This document shows positions 1 to 10,478 of a stretch of DNA of 64,000 nucleotides, one piece after another (the first letter of the stretch is position 1; every line of letters starts with the position of its first letter). Location of the stretch: positions 992,001 through 1,056,000 of the forward strand of contig OZ037838.1 in NCBI GenBank assembly GCA_964035575.1. Reading direction: 5' to 3'. The DNA is from Rhynchopus sp. YZ270_cl-10 (Eukaryota). The position numbers and the translations under genes were made by a program. The notes under the pieces were generated by a model. It did no database searches. It saw nothing but the letters and a program-made list of their open reading frames with translations, and was not told where the DNA came from.

Positions 1-980
1 TTGTTACGGTACCCTTTGTTCAAACCTTTGATAAAAAAACAACTTGTTGTCAATACTAAAAAGATTGGAGGCAGCGCTGCGGGCAAACAAAACGGATTGA
101 AAAAGACAGAAGCTTGTTTGTTTCTTTGAGTACTCAATTAACCACAACAACCATACTTCAGTTTAACACATTTTTTTTTTTTTTTTTTGGGTGACTAAGG
201 ACGAGAGGCTTAGGATCATCTTATAAACTTCCCCCCCTTTTTTTTTCTTAAGTAAGAGAAAACCGAATGGAGTGGGAACGTTAGTGAGAGCGCAGCGGAA
301 ACGATAGTGGGAACGCAACGAGCTTTTTTCATAATGTTTTATTCTTCCCCACAAAATATGACGCGCAGAGAAACACTCGTTTTTTTCACACCCCCGGTAT
401 CACGTATGATACTGTCTTTCCATGGATACACCTGGAAAGGAGTTCCGTGCTATTCACAGAACTCGATAGGCGATTGAGCGTATCTAACAACAACCAAAAC
501 AAAAGAAAGTACAAAGAAGAGAATAAAAAATGCAGGAAAAATAGACAAAGAGAAAAACAAAGAGATTTGACAAAGGAACAATAAACAACAGATGGAAACC
601 ACGAAATGGACGTAGGACTGTATGGTTGGGTGTCCCCCCGTTCAGCCGGTCATTGTACCAAGGTACACTGTCACGAGAGGGCTTTATATTTCAAGTCAAC
701 TTTCATTTGGAGCCCACATATGAGGCGCTTCAGGTCTGTTCGCGTTGTTCTGCTTTATTATTACTGTGCAATAAGCACAGTCTTTGCTGTGGCAGACTGT
801 TCGAAAGATCAACGTGTATCCATGGCATGCTTGGAAGCATGTCATTAAATGTGTGCACACTGTGTTGTGGTGTCTGGTGTCTATTCTAAGAATGTGCGTA
901 CGTCCACACAGCATCCATGCAAAACAAAACAACCCACACCTCATCTCCCCACAGGGGTAGAGCAAAAAGTAAACAAAACA

Positions 981-2105
981 ATGATGGATGTGACCTTTGT
1001 GCTGGAAGAGTCAGGCGTGACTGCGACAGTGGAGGTGCCGTGCGAGGCGGACGTTGCAGCGGCAAAGGAGGTTGCGTGCACGGCGCTTGCTGTCTCGCCT
1101 GCGTCTGTCGAGATGCGCATCGGCACGCAGGTGCTGGAGGGGACGTGTCGTCTGCAGGACACTGCGTTTCGTGCAGGGATGCAGGTTGTGCTTGCCTGTC
1201 CTCGCTTTGCCGACATCAAGTGTCCTGCTGAGCACAGTGAGATTACACAATCCTTCTCGCTGTCGCGTTGTGGAACGATCTGCGCTTTTGTGGACTGGAC
1301 TGGGCATGTTGGCGGCTTCGACACAGAAACCTTCGACACTGTCTTCTCATTCAAAGTGGATGCTAATGTGATGTGCGCGCCTGCCATCTCACGGTGCAAG
1401 ACACACTGCTACCTGGCGTGCGGGAATCACTTACGCAAGGTTGCGCTTCCGGGTGGGGAGGTGCTCCGCAAAGTCGACCCCTCCTCCGCAGTGTCCTCCT
1501 GTGGCAATGTTGTCGTCTCCGGGAGCATAGACGGCGTCTCTGTGTATGACGAAGACCTGACGTTGCTCCGCTCTCTCTCGCACGAAGGGTGTAAGACTGT
1601 GGCAGTATCGGACTGTGGTGGGTGGGTGATCACCTCCTCCGAAGGGGAAGAGGCACGTCTGTGGGATGTGAACACAGGAGTTGCTGTGGCATGTGTGCCG
1701 GTGGGGTGGTGGTGTGCAGTGGCGCTTTCACGGTCTGCCTCCGTCTTTGCTGCGGTGGGGGAGGACGACACCATGCGCCTCTATGATTGGAGTGGTGCGG
1801 CTCTTCGCAGTGTTGATGTGGATGGGGAAGTCGAGCGCATTCAGTTCACACCATGTGGGAAGTACCTTGTGGTCAAGGTGGCTGTTACCAGAGATGACGA
1901 CGAAGGTAACACACTTCACCACACACAACTGCACCAGTATGATGTGGCGACCATGTCCCGTGTACATGTGATCCCGCAAGCCAGCGGTGGGTCCTTTGCG
2001 ATATCACCGTGTTCCCGTGTGGTTGTGTTCGGGTGTGAGAACGAAAGCAGCGATCCAACAAGCGGCATTGTAACACGGCATCTGTACCCACACAACAGTG
2101 AGTGA
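981..2105 (+). CDS. Ubl + 7-bladed WD40-like beta-propeller protein, copy 1 (374 aa)
   Basis: Starts at the family-conserved ATG (MMDVTFVLEESGVTATVEVP...). N-terminus has a beta-grasp/Ubl pattern, followed by WD-like repeats (GVSVYDEDL, ARLWDVNTG, LYDWSG, QFTPCGKYL). Intronless. Confidence 0.85.
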   Translation: MMDVTFVLEESGVTATVEVPCEADVAAAKEVACTALAVSPASVEMRIGTQVLEGTCRLQDTAFRAGMQVVLACPRFADIKCPAEHSEITQSFSLSRCGTICAFVDWTGHVGGFDTETFDTVFSFKVDANVMCAPAISRCKTHCYLACGNHLRKVALPGGEVLRKVDPSSAVSSCGNVVVSGSIDGVSVYDEDLTLLRSLSHEGCKTVAVSDCGGWVITSSEGEEARLWDVNTGVAVACVPVGWWCAVALSRSASVFAAVGEDDTMRLYDWSGAALRSVDVDGEVERIQFTPCGKYLVVKVAVTRDDDEGNTLHHTQLHQYDVATMSRVHVIPQASGGSFAISPCSRVVVFGCENESSDPTSGIVTRHLYPHNSE

Positions 2106-2743
2106 TGTTCCGCGAGGGGTGGGAGGGTGGTGACTGTATTCTGACAGAAGGGGACAGTGCAAGTGTCTGCAGAGGGTATACCACCAACTGCATAGGCCAC
2201 ACCGTGAATCTAGCTCAAGCGGGACTGCTAACTCCACTTGGGAAGTTTGTGCCCATCACGCAGGCCCAGCTACGTTGTCTTGTCTCCCATTACCCTCCTT
2301 TTTTTTTTTCTTTTTTGTCTTTTTCTCCGTAGTCTTTTCTCCATTATTACTCTAGTAGTCTACAATCTAGTAAAAGATAGTGCCGTAATGTCCACTCCCC
2401 CCGCCCTGCAAAAATACAGCACCACCAACACCACATCCCCTATGATATTGTCTTCCCCCTAACATTTGATTTGGAGCTCAGATATGAGGTGCTTCAGGTC
2501 TGTTCGCGTTGTTCTGCTTTATTATTACTGTGCAATAAGCGCAGTCTTTGCTGTGGCAGACTGTTCGAAAGATCAACGTGTATCCATGGCATGCTTGGAA
2601 GCAGGTCATTAAACGTGTGCACACTGTGTTGTGGTGTCTAGTGTCTATTCTAAGAGTGTGCGTACGTCCACACAGCATCCATGCAAACAAGACAACCCAC
2701 ACCTCATCTCCCCACAGGGGTAGAGCAAGAAGTAAACAAAACA

Positions 2744-3892
2744 ATGATGGATGTGACCTTTGTGCTGGAAGAGTCAGGCGTGACTGCGACAGTGGAGGTG
2801 CCGTGCGAGGCGGACGTTGCAGCGGCAAAGGAGGTTGCGTGCACGGCGCTTGCTGTCTCGCCTGCGTCTGTCGAGATGCGCATCGGCACGCAGGTGCTGG
2901 AGGGGACGTGCCGTCTGCAGGACACTGCGTTTGGTGCAGGGGTGCAGGTTGTGCTTGCCCGCCGCTTTGCTGATATCAAGTGTCCTGCTGAGTACAGTTT
3001 TGAGGGGGCTGTGCCACACGTGTCGCTGTCGCGTTGTGGCACGCTCTGCCTCTATAGCGATAGTAAGCACATTCATGGCTTCGACACAGAAACCTTCGAA
3101 ACTGCCTTCGCTTTTGATATGGTCAACGACTGTTTCCTGTACGGTCCGCCTGTCATATCGAGGTGCAAGACACGCCTCTACATGCCGTGTGGGGAAGACT
3201 TTCGCAATGTAGATGACATACGCGAGGTTGCGCTTCCAAATGGGGAGGTGCTCCGCAAAGTCGACGGCACTTCGATGTCACTGTATGCGTGTGGCAGTGT
3301 TGTCGTCTCATGGTGTGAAGACGGCGTCTCTGTGTATGACGAAGACCTGACGTTGCTCCGCTCTCTCTCACATGAAGGGTGTAAGACTGTGGCAGTGTCG
3401 GACTGTGGTGGGTGGGTGCTCACCTCCTCCTTCAGTGAGAAGAATGCACGTCTGTGGGATGTGAACACAGGTGAAGCTGTTGCATGTGTGCCTGTGGATG
3501 GGTCGCGGTCTTTTGTGGCGCTTTCAAGGTCTGCCTCTGTCTTTGCTGTGGGGCTCTATGTGGACGGGGCACAGAGAATGCAGCTCTACGACTGGAGTGG
3601 TGCAGCTTTTCAGTACACCACTACCTCTGGAAATGTCCTTGACGTGCAATTCACCCCGTGTGGGAAATACTTTGTGGTACATAAGTTTACTGACAATGGA
3701 GAACTACATGCAGAGCTGCGACAGTATGATGTGGCGACCATGTCCTGTGTACTTGCGATCCCGGACGTCAACGGTCTGTCATTTGCGATATCACCGTGTT
3801 CACGTGTGGTTGTGTTTGTATCACGCGAACGTGCCCGCGTTCTGACAAAACATCTGTACCCCCACAACGAGCTCGTACAGGACACTGCGTAA
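2744..3892 (+). CDS. Ubl + beta-propeller protein, copy 2 (382 aa)
   Basis: Same architecture and near-identical 5' Ubl-coding block; intact ORF. Confidence 0.85.
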   Translation: MMDVTFVLEESGVTATVEVPCEADVAAAKEVACTALAVSPASVEMRIGTQVLEGTCRLQDTAFGAGVQVVLARRFADIKCPAEYSFEGAVPHVSLSRCGTLCLYSDSKHIHGFDTETFETAFAFDMVNDCFLYGPPVISRCKTRLYMPCGEDFRNVDDIREVALPNGEVLRKVDGTSMSLYACGSVVVSWCEDGVSVYDEDLTLLRSLSHEGCKTVAVSDCGGWVLTSSFSEKNARLWDVNTGEAVACVPVDGSRSFVALSRSASVFAVGLYVDGAQRMQLYDWSGAAFQYTTTSGNVLDVQFTPCGKYFVVHKFTDNGELHAELRQYDVATMSCVLAIPDVNGLSFAISPCSRVVVFVSRERARVLTKHLYPHNELVQDTA

Positions 3893-4844
3893 CTGGTGTC
3901 GTCAACAGAAGCCTGCGTCTTGCCACCACACACCTATCCAGTGATGGCAGATCTGCACCCACGAGCAAGACACCGCAGACCACGTTGTCGCAGCCGAACA
4001 CCACATCGCCTCCCGCCAACGACATCTCTTTACAACAAAAAATATCTGCGTCACATCGCTGCGTCGATGTGATGCTCGATGGGTTTGTACATTCTCCAGA
4101 CGATACTGCCCATGCATTGCGTAGCTCTGCATCGCACTGTTGGGGCCACGAGGACACACCAGGGAAGGTTCTATGCGTGCTTCGTATTTTAAGACACTGC
4201 AGGGAGCGGGGTGTGGTGGTGGATCCGCCCCAGATACTGCAGGACATATTCAAGGGCCTGATATCGAGCAGCGCAGCACACCCGAAGCTCTGCCAACTTC
4301 TCATGCGCATGGGTGCGGCAGTCACCCTCGATGTCATTCTCTGTGCACACGACGTGCATTTATCGTTTCTTCAGTCCTGCGACATCGCTCCACACATTCT
4401 CCTTACAGGCCCCAGCAGGGGTCTTGCTGGATGGGCGAAACCTTAGACGTTGTGCGAAGCCTTCGTGACTCGTGGTGCAAACGTGTTGACCCCGATGGTG
4501 ACGAAGATGCGCAGTGGTACAGAACGATGTCGCATGTTGCGTTCAGTGGTCGCTGTGCTGATGAACGTATCGTGAAACGCATCTTCGACCTTGCGGTGCA
4601 GCTCAACGCACGACGGTGTCGTGCGCTTCTGTCTGACCATGCACAGCACAGCCCCTCCCTCTGTGATCGGTGCAAGCCGTGTGAACAGTGTCTTCCGTGG
4701 CAACTTTTAGATTCAGCAAAGTGTGTAAGTCACGATCACTTTCGCACGCTGTGCACAATGCCAACGCACGCTCTATCCTGCCCACACCTTGTTCAGTTGG
4801 CAGCATATGCGAGACACATATTGTTGTGTTCTGCAGCCTGGTAA
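3893..4844 (+). pseudogene. Possible frameshifted gene remnant of unknown function inside array 1
   Basis: Two overlapping + strand ORFs (3796-4446 and 4140-4844) read protein-like in succession, with an apparent frame change near 4415-4445. No family recognised. Confidence 0.25.
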
Positions 4845-5300
4845 CTTTGCCTTGGTGTCTGCCGGCTCCCTCTTGCTAACCTGAGCCGCAGGATAGAAAC
4901 GTTGTGTTCTTCATTGTGCCTTCTCTTGTTTCAAAGTGGATGTGTACCAGAAGACATGCATCTGCCAGTTTTTTTCCCTTCATTTTTAGCAATGTTGTTG
5001 TTGTTGTTGTGGTGGTAGCATTTCCTCTCCCCGGCAAGTTTTGTTTTTATTAGGACAAATTTGTGGTGGGAAATGATTGAGACTTTCTGTTTATTCCCCT
5101 GCCCCTTTATTGTGCACTCAACTCGTTTCTGTACAAGGGTTTCTTCCTTTTTGACATTTCTGGGCAGTTTGGATATTTTCAAATTGCTTGCTTTTGTCAG
5201 AGTTTGTTGAAACACATATTTAACCCACCAACCTTCTTATTTGTCGTTGCGAAGTGACACCACCAACCATCACATCAAACACAACAGACCCCTTAACAAT

Positions 5301-6461
5301 ATGATGGATGTGACCTTTGTGCTGGAAGAGTCAGGCGTGACTGCGACAGTGGAGGTGCCGTGCGAGGCGGACGTTGCAGCGGCAAAGGAGGTTGCGTGCA
5401 CGGCGCTTGCTGTCTCGCCTGCGTCTGTCGAGATGCGCATCGGCACGCAGGTGCTGGAGGGGACGTGCCGTCTGCAGGACACTGCGTTTGATGCAGGGGT
5501 GCAGGTTGTGCTTGCCTGTCCTCGCTTTGCCGACATCAAGTGTCCTGCTGAGTATAGTCTGCAGAAGGAAGCAAAAAACATGTCACTATCGCGTTGTGGA
5601 ACGCTCTGTGTCTATGGTGACTGGAGTGGGCATGTTGGCGGCTTTGACACAGAAACCTTCGACACTGTCTTCTCGTTCGAAATGTGGACTAAAGTGTACG
5701 ATCGGCCTGCCATCTCGCAGTGCAAGACACGCTGCTACCTGCCGTGTGGGGGTCTCATTCTCGAAGTTGCGCTTCCGGGTGGGGAGGTGGTCCGCAAAGT
5801 GGACGACACCTCAGAGTCAGTGTTCGCGTGTGGCAATGTTGTTGTCTCAAAGAGTGGAAACGGCGTCTCTGTGTATGACGAAGACCTGACGTTGCTCCGC
5901 TCTCTCTCGCACGAAGGGTGCACGGACACGGCAGTGTCGGACTGTGGTGGGTGGGTGATGACCTCCTCCAACAAGGAGAAGAAGGCACGTCTGTGGGATG
6001 TGAACACAGGTGTTGCTGTGGCGTGTGTGCCTGTATCAACGTCTGCGGGGTTGTGGTCTAGAGTAACTCTTTCACGGTCTGCCTCTGTCTTTGCTGTGGA
6101 GGGGGAGGGAAACACCGTGCAGCTCTACGATTGGAGTGGTGCGGCTCTTCGCAGTGTTGATGTGGGTGGGTACGTCGGGGGCATGCAGTTCACCCCGTGT
6201 GGGAAGTACCTTGTGGTCAAGGTGGATGTCGAGGAATGCACAGATGGTACAGATGATGACGAAGAATATCATGATAACGATGTACACCTGCATCAGTACG
6301 ATGTGGCGACCATGTCCCGTGTGCGTGTGATCCGGCAAGCCCATTCTGGGTCCTTTGCGATATCACCGTGTTCACGTGTGGTTGTGTTCGGGTGTGAGAA
6401 CGAAATCGACAGAACAGGCGGCATTGCAACAAGGCATCTGTACCCACACAACAGTGAGTGA
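5301..6461 (+). CDS. Ubl + beta-propeller protein, copy 3 (386 aa)
   Basis: Same architecture; long acidic loop EECTDGTDDDEEYHDND. Confidence 0.85.
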   Translation: MMDVTFVLEESGVTATVEVPCEADVAAAKEVACTALAVSPASVEMRIGTQVLEGTCRLQDTAFDAGVQVVLACPRFADIKCPAEYSLQKEAKNMSLSRCGTLCVYGDWSGHVGGFDTETFDTVFSFEMWTKVYDRPAISQCKTRCYLPCGGLILEVALPGGEVVRKVDDTSESVFACGNVVVSKSGNGVSVYDEDLTLLRSLSHEGCTDTAVSDCGGWVMTSSNKEKKARLWDVNTGVAVACVPVSTSAGLWSRVTLSRSASVFAVEGEGNTVQLYDWSGAALRSVDVGGYVGGMQFTPCGKYLVVKVDVEECTDGTDDDEEYHDNDVHLHQYDVATMSRVRVIRQAHSGSFAISPCSRVVVFGCENEIDRTGGIATRHLYPHNSE

Positions 6462-7063
6462 TGTTTCGCGAGGGGTGGGAGGGTGGTGACTGTATTCTGA
6501 CAGAAGGGGACAGTGCAAGTGTCTGCAGAGGGTATACCATCAACTGCATAGGCCACACCGTGAATCTAGCTCAAGCGGGACTGCTAACTCCACTTGGGAA
6601 GTTTGTGCCCCACACAGGCCCAGCTACATTGTCTTGTCTCCCCGATTCTCAGTTCTCATTACCCTTTTTTTTATTGTCTTTCTTCTCCGTGATAGTGGTC
6701 TACAATCTAGTAAAAGATAGTGTCGTAATGTCCACCCCCCCCGCCCTGCAAAAATACAGCACCACCAACACCACATCCCCTATGATGTTGTCTTCCTCCT
6801 AACATTTGATTTGGAGCCCAGATATGAGGTGCTTCAGGTCTGTTCGCGTTGTTCTGCTTTATTATTACTGTGCAATAAGCGTAGTCTTTGCTGTGGCAGA
6901 CTGTTCGAAAGATCAACGTGTATCCATGGCATGCTTGGAAGCAGGTCATTAAACGTGTGCACACTATGTTGTGGTGTCTAGTGTCTATTCTAAGAATGTG
7001 CGTACGTCCACACAGCATCCACACTTCATCTCCTCAGAGGTAGAGCAAGAAGTAAACAAAACA

Positions 7064-8182
7064 ATGATGGATGTGACCTTTGTGCTGGAAGAGTCAGGCG
7101 TGACTGCGACAGTGGAGGTGCCGTGCGAGGCGGACGTTGCAGCGGCAAAGGAGGTTGCGTGCACGGCGCTTGCTGTCTCGCCTGCGTCTGTCGAGATGCG
7201 CATCGGCACGCAGGTGCTGGAGGGGACGTGCCGTCTGCAGGACACTGCGTTTGATTCAGGGGTGCAGGTTGTGCTTGCCTGCCCTCGCTTGGCCGACATC
7301 AAGTGTCCTGCTGAATACAGTGGGGATGCAGAATACTTTTCACTGTCGCGATGTGGAGCGCTCTGCATCCATGCTCAAGCCCACAGGGGTAGGCGTGTTG
7401 GCGGTTTCGACACAGAAACCTTCGACACTGTCTTCTCGTTCGAAGCCGCATTCGAAGTGTGCGATCGGCCTGCCATCTCGCAGTGCAAGACACGCTGCTA
7501 CCTGCCGTGTGAGGAAGGCCTTCTCGAGGTTGCGCTTCCGGGTGGGGAGGTGGTCCGCAAAGTCGACGACCCCTCGTACGAAGTGTTCGCGTGTGGCGGT
7601 GTTGTTCTCTCACACGACCCCTATGGCGTCTCTGTGTATGACGAAGACCTTGCATTGCTCCGCTCTCTCTCGCACAAAGGATGCAGGGGCATGGCAGTGT
7701 CGGACTGTGGTGGGTGGGTGATCACCTCTTCCGACAACGAGAACAACGCACGTCTGTGGGATGTGAACACAGGTGAAGCTGTGGCATGTGTGCCTGTGGA
7801 TGGGATGCACGTGGCGCTTTCACGATCTGCCTCTGTCTTTGCTGTGGTGGGGGAGGACGACACCGTGCAGCTCTATGATTGGAGTGGTGCGGCCCTTGGC
7901 AGTATTGATGTGGATGGGGTTGTCTGGGGCATGCAGTTCACCCTGTGTGGGAAGTACCTCGTGGTGAGGGTACAGTTTCCGGAATCTGATGATGACGAAC
8001 CTTTACTTGAGTACGATGTGGACCTGCACCAGTATGATGTGGCGACCATGTCCTGTGTGGATGTGATACCGCAAATTTGGGGTGGGTACTTTGCGATATC
8101 GCCGTGTTCACGTGTTGTTGTGGTTGTGCAACCAAATGGCGACATTGTGACGCGTCATCTGTACCCACACGACAGTGAGTGA
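7064..8182 (+). CDS. Ubl + beta-propeller protein, copy 4 (372 aa)
   Basis: Same architecture; intact ORF. Confidence 0.85.
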   Translation: MMDVTFVLEESGVTATVEVPCEADVAAAKEVACTALAVSPASVEMRIGTQVLEGTCRLQDTAFDSGVQVVLACPRLADIKCPAEYSGDAEYFSLSRCGALCIHAQAHRGRRVGGFDTETFDTVFSFEAAFEVCDRPAISQCKTRCYLPCEEGLLEVALPGGEVVRKVDDPSYEVFACGGVVLSHDPYGVSVYDEDLALLRSLSHKGCRGMAVSDCGGWVITSSDNENNARLWDVNTGEAVACVPVDGMHVALSRSASVFAVVGEDDTVQLYDWSGAALGSIDVDGVVWGMQFTLCGKYLVVRVQFPESDDDEPLLEYDVDLHQYDVATMSCVDVIPQIWGGYFAISPCSRVVVVVQPNGDIVTRHLYPHDSE

Positions 8183-8531
8183 TGTGTGACCAGGGGAGGA
8201 GAGGGAGGTGGTGATGAATATGACCCAGGGTACCAACAAAATAACCCAAGACCCTCAAAGCACCCCCAAGAAACTCCCCGTTTAGCTCTGTTGCTGTTTT
8301 CTCTTGTTTGCCTTCCACAGGTTGCCCACCTCACACGCTGCCCATGCGGCGGTCTCGTGGGTGACAGATCGCGATGCTTAGTGTCATTTTCCATTCGTCA
8401 CCTCTCACAACGAGAACCACCACAAACATGCAACACAGAACAACACCTCTCCCCACCCACCTCATCACTCCCTCCGTTTGTGGTGGAGCAAACGTGCTGA
8501 TTTGCACCTTCTCACGAAGCAACGCAACACA

Positions 8532-9641
8532 ATGGATGTGACCTTTGTGCTGGAAGAGTCAGGCGTGACTGCGACAGTGGAGGTGCCGTGCGAGGCGGAC
8601 GTTGCAGCGGCAAAGGAGGTTGCGTGCACGGCACTTGCTGTCTCGCCTGCGTCTGTCGAGATGCGCATCGGCACGCAGGTGCTGGAGGGGACGTGCCGTC
8701 TGCAGGACACTACGTTTGATTCAGGGGTGCAGGTTGTGCTTGCCCGCCCTCGCTTTGCCGACATCAAGTGTCCTGCTGAGTACAGTGTAGAGGCGCCAAC
8801 GGATGGGCAGGAGACCACTACGAAGCATTTATCCCTATCTCCTTGTGGAGCACTCTGCCTCTTTGCACAGAATGCAGGCTATATCACCGGCCTCGATACA
8901 GACACCTTCAGCCCTGCCTTCAAGTTCAAAGTAGACAATGGGGTGTATGGTCTACCTGCCATCTCACGGTGCAAGAGACGCTGCTACCTGGCGTGCAGGG
9001 AAGCCATGCACGAGGTTGCGCTTCCAGGTGGGGAGGTGCTCCGCAAAGTCGATGGCATCTCGAGAGCAGTGTTCGCGTGTGGCGGTGTTGTTGTCTCAAA
9101 GAGTGGAGACGGCGTCTCTGTGTATGACGAAGACCTGATGTTGCTCCACACACTCTCGCATAAGCGGTGCAGGAATGTGGCAGTATCGCACTGTGGTGGG
9201 TGGGTGATCACCTCCTCCTTAGGTGAAAAGAACGCACGTCTGTGGGATGTGAACACAGGTGAAGCTGTGGCATGTGTGCCGATCGAGTGGGAATGCCACG
9301 AAGTAGCGCTTTCACGGTCTGCTTCTGTCTTTGCTGTGGGGCAGAGGAACACCGTGCAGCTCTATGATTGGAGTGGTGCGGCTCTTCGCAGCATTGATGT
9401 GGATGGGCGTGTCTGTGGCATGCAGTTCACCCTGTGTGGGAAGTACCTTGTGGTCAATGTACTCAATGTGTTGAGCCTCACAAGTGGTTATGAGCTGTAC
9501 CAGTACGATGTGGCGACCCTTTCCTGTGTGCGTGTATTCACGGAAATGACAATGCACTCGTTTGTGATATCGCCCTGTTCGCGTATGGTTGTGTTTCCAT
9601 CCAAAAGCCGCATTGTGACACGCCACCTGTACCCAGAATAG
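8532..9641 (+). CDS. Ubl + beta-propeller protein, copy 5 (369 aa)
   Basis: Same architecture; single-Met start MDVTF. Confidence 0.85.
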   Translation: MDVTFVLEESGVTATVEVPCEADVAAAKEVACTALAVSPASVEMRIGTQVLEGTCRLQDTTFDSGVQVVLARPRFADIKCPAEYSVEAPTDGQETTTKHLSLSPCGALCLFAQNAGYITGLDTDTFSPAFKFKVDNGVYGLPAISRCKRRCYLACREAMHEVALPGGEVLRKVDGISRAVFACGGVVVSKSGDGVSVYDEDLMLLHTLSHKRCRNVAVSHCGGWVITSSLGEKNARLWDVNTGEAVACVPIEWECHEVALSRSASVFAVGQRNTVQLYDWSGAALRSIDVDGRVCGMQFTLCGKYLVVNVLNVLSLTSGYELYQYDVATLSCVRVFTEMTMHSFVISPCSRMVVFPSKSRIVTRHLYPE

Positions 9642-10478
9642 TTGGTGCCTGCGTGTGACGACTAGCTAGCCCTGCGCCACCAGAGTCGTCCACACCCAGG
9701 AGTCGTCACTGGCATGGATGACAGAGCATCGTGGATGGCGAGGGGCGTTCATTAGTCCACACGACTTTGACAATGGAAGTGCGCTCAATGCGGAGAGTGC
9801 ACGGGTAAGACGGAACGCCTGAGGTGTGTTTGGTAGTTCATGCTATTCAAATCAAGGCCGCAGTTACAAAGTTTAGCCACAAACTACGCCCCCCTGCCTA
9901 CTGTCAGATATTGCCAAGCCTGTGTTTATGGTGGTGTGGCGACTTTTTGTCTGAGATTCCAACTTTCGGAAAATAACGTCTGTGCGCCCCTACTTTACAT
10001 CCTCAGGTAAACCGTCATAGAATGTCAGGAGGCGTCACACTCGGTGTAGTTTCTCCCGATGCAATTTAACGTCCAGCCCAGGACGGGTATGGTATGAGTT
10101 GATGGAAGTGCGAAGCAGTGCGGATTTATAATGTGGGTTCCAAAGAGAAAAGCTGCCCACATGAGCCTAAGCGAAGCGTCTCGTGCATGGCTATACAAAC
10201 AGTTCTTTTGATACGGATGTAGGGGTCTTGGTACAGGGTTGTGTATTTCAAGTGACCTTATTTTTAATGGGTGGAGGGTGGAGCGCTTTCTAATGTTGAG
10301 ACTTTGTCATCCTTTTTGCATTCCCATCATATTCACGCACGCGGTAGTTTTTAGGGTTGACGTACTTATGAGATTAAAGTGACCCCACAACCCATTTTTT
10401 ACCAGTTTCAACACCGAACAACTCAAACCCCACCACCCACCTCATCACTACCCGTTAGCAGTGGGGCAAAAAAGAAGA

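Noticed and set aside
849..980. N-terminal extensions given by the ORF track for family members and other genes (GTG/TTG or upstream starts)
   Set aside because: Conservation across copies begins at MMDVTF; the extensions differ by UTR class and cover pyrimidine/CA-rich leader sequence.
941..1399. Recurrent antisense and alternative-frame ORFs over each Ubl block (e.g. ...SAGHLMSAKR..., MQRQRRLRARR...)
   Set aside because: These are shadows of the near-identical coding block; their lengths vary arbitrarily and they break in the variable regions.
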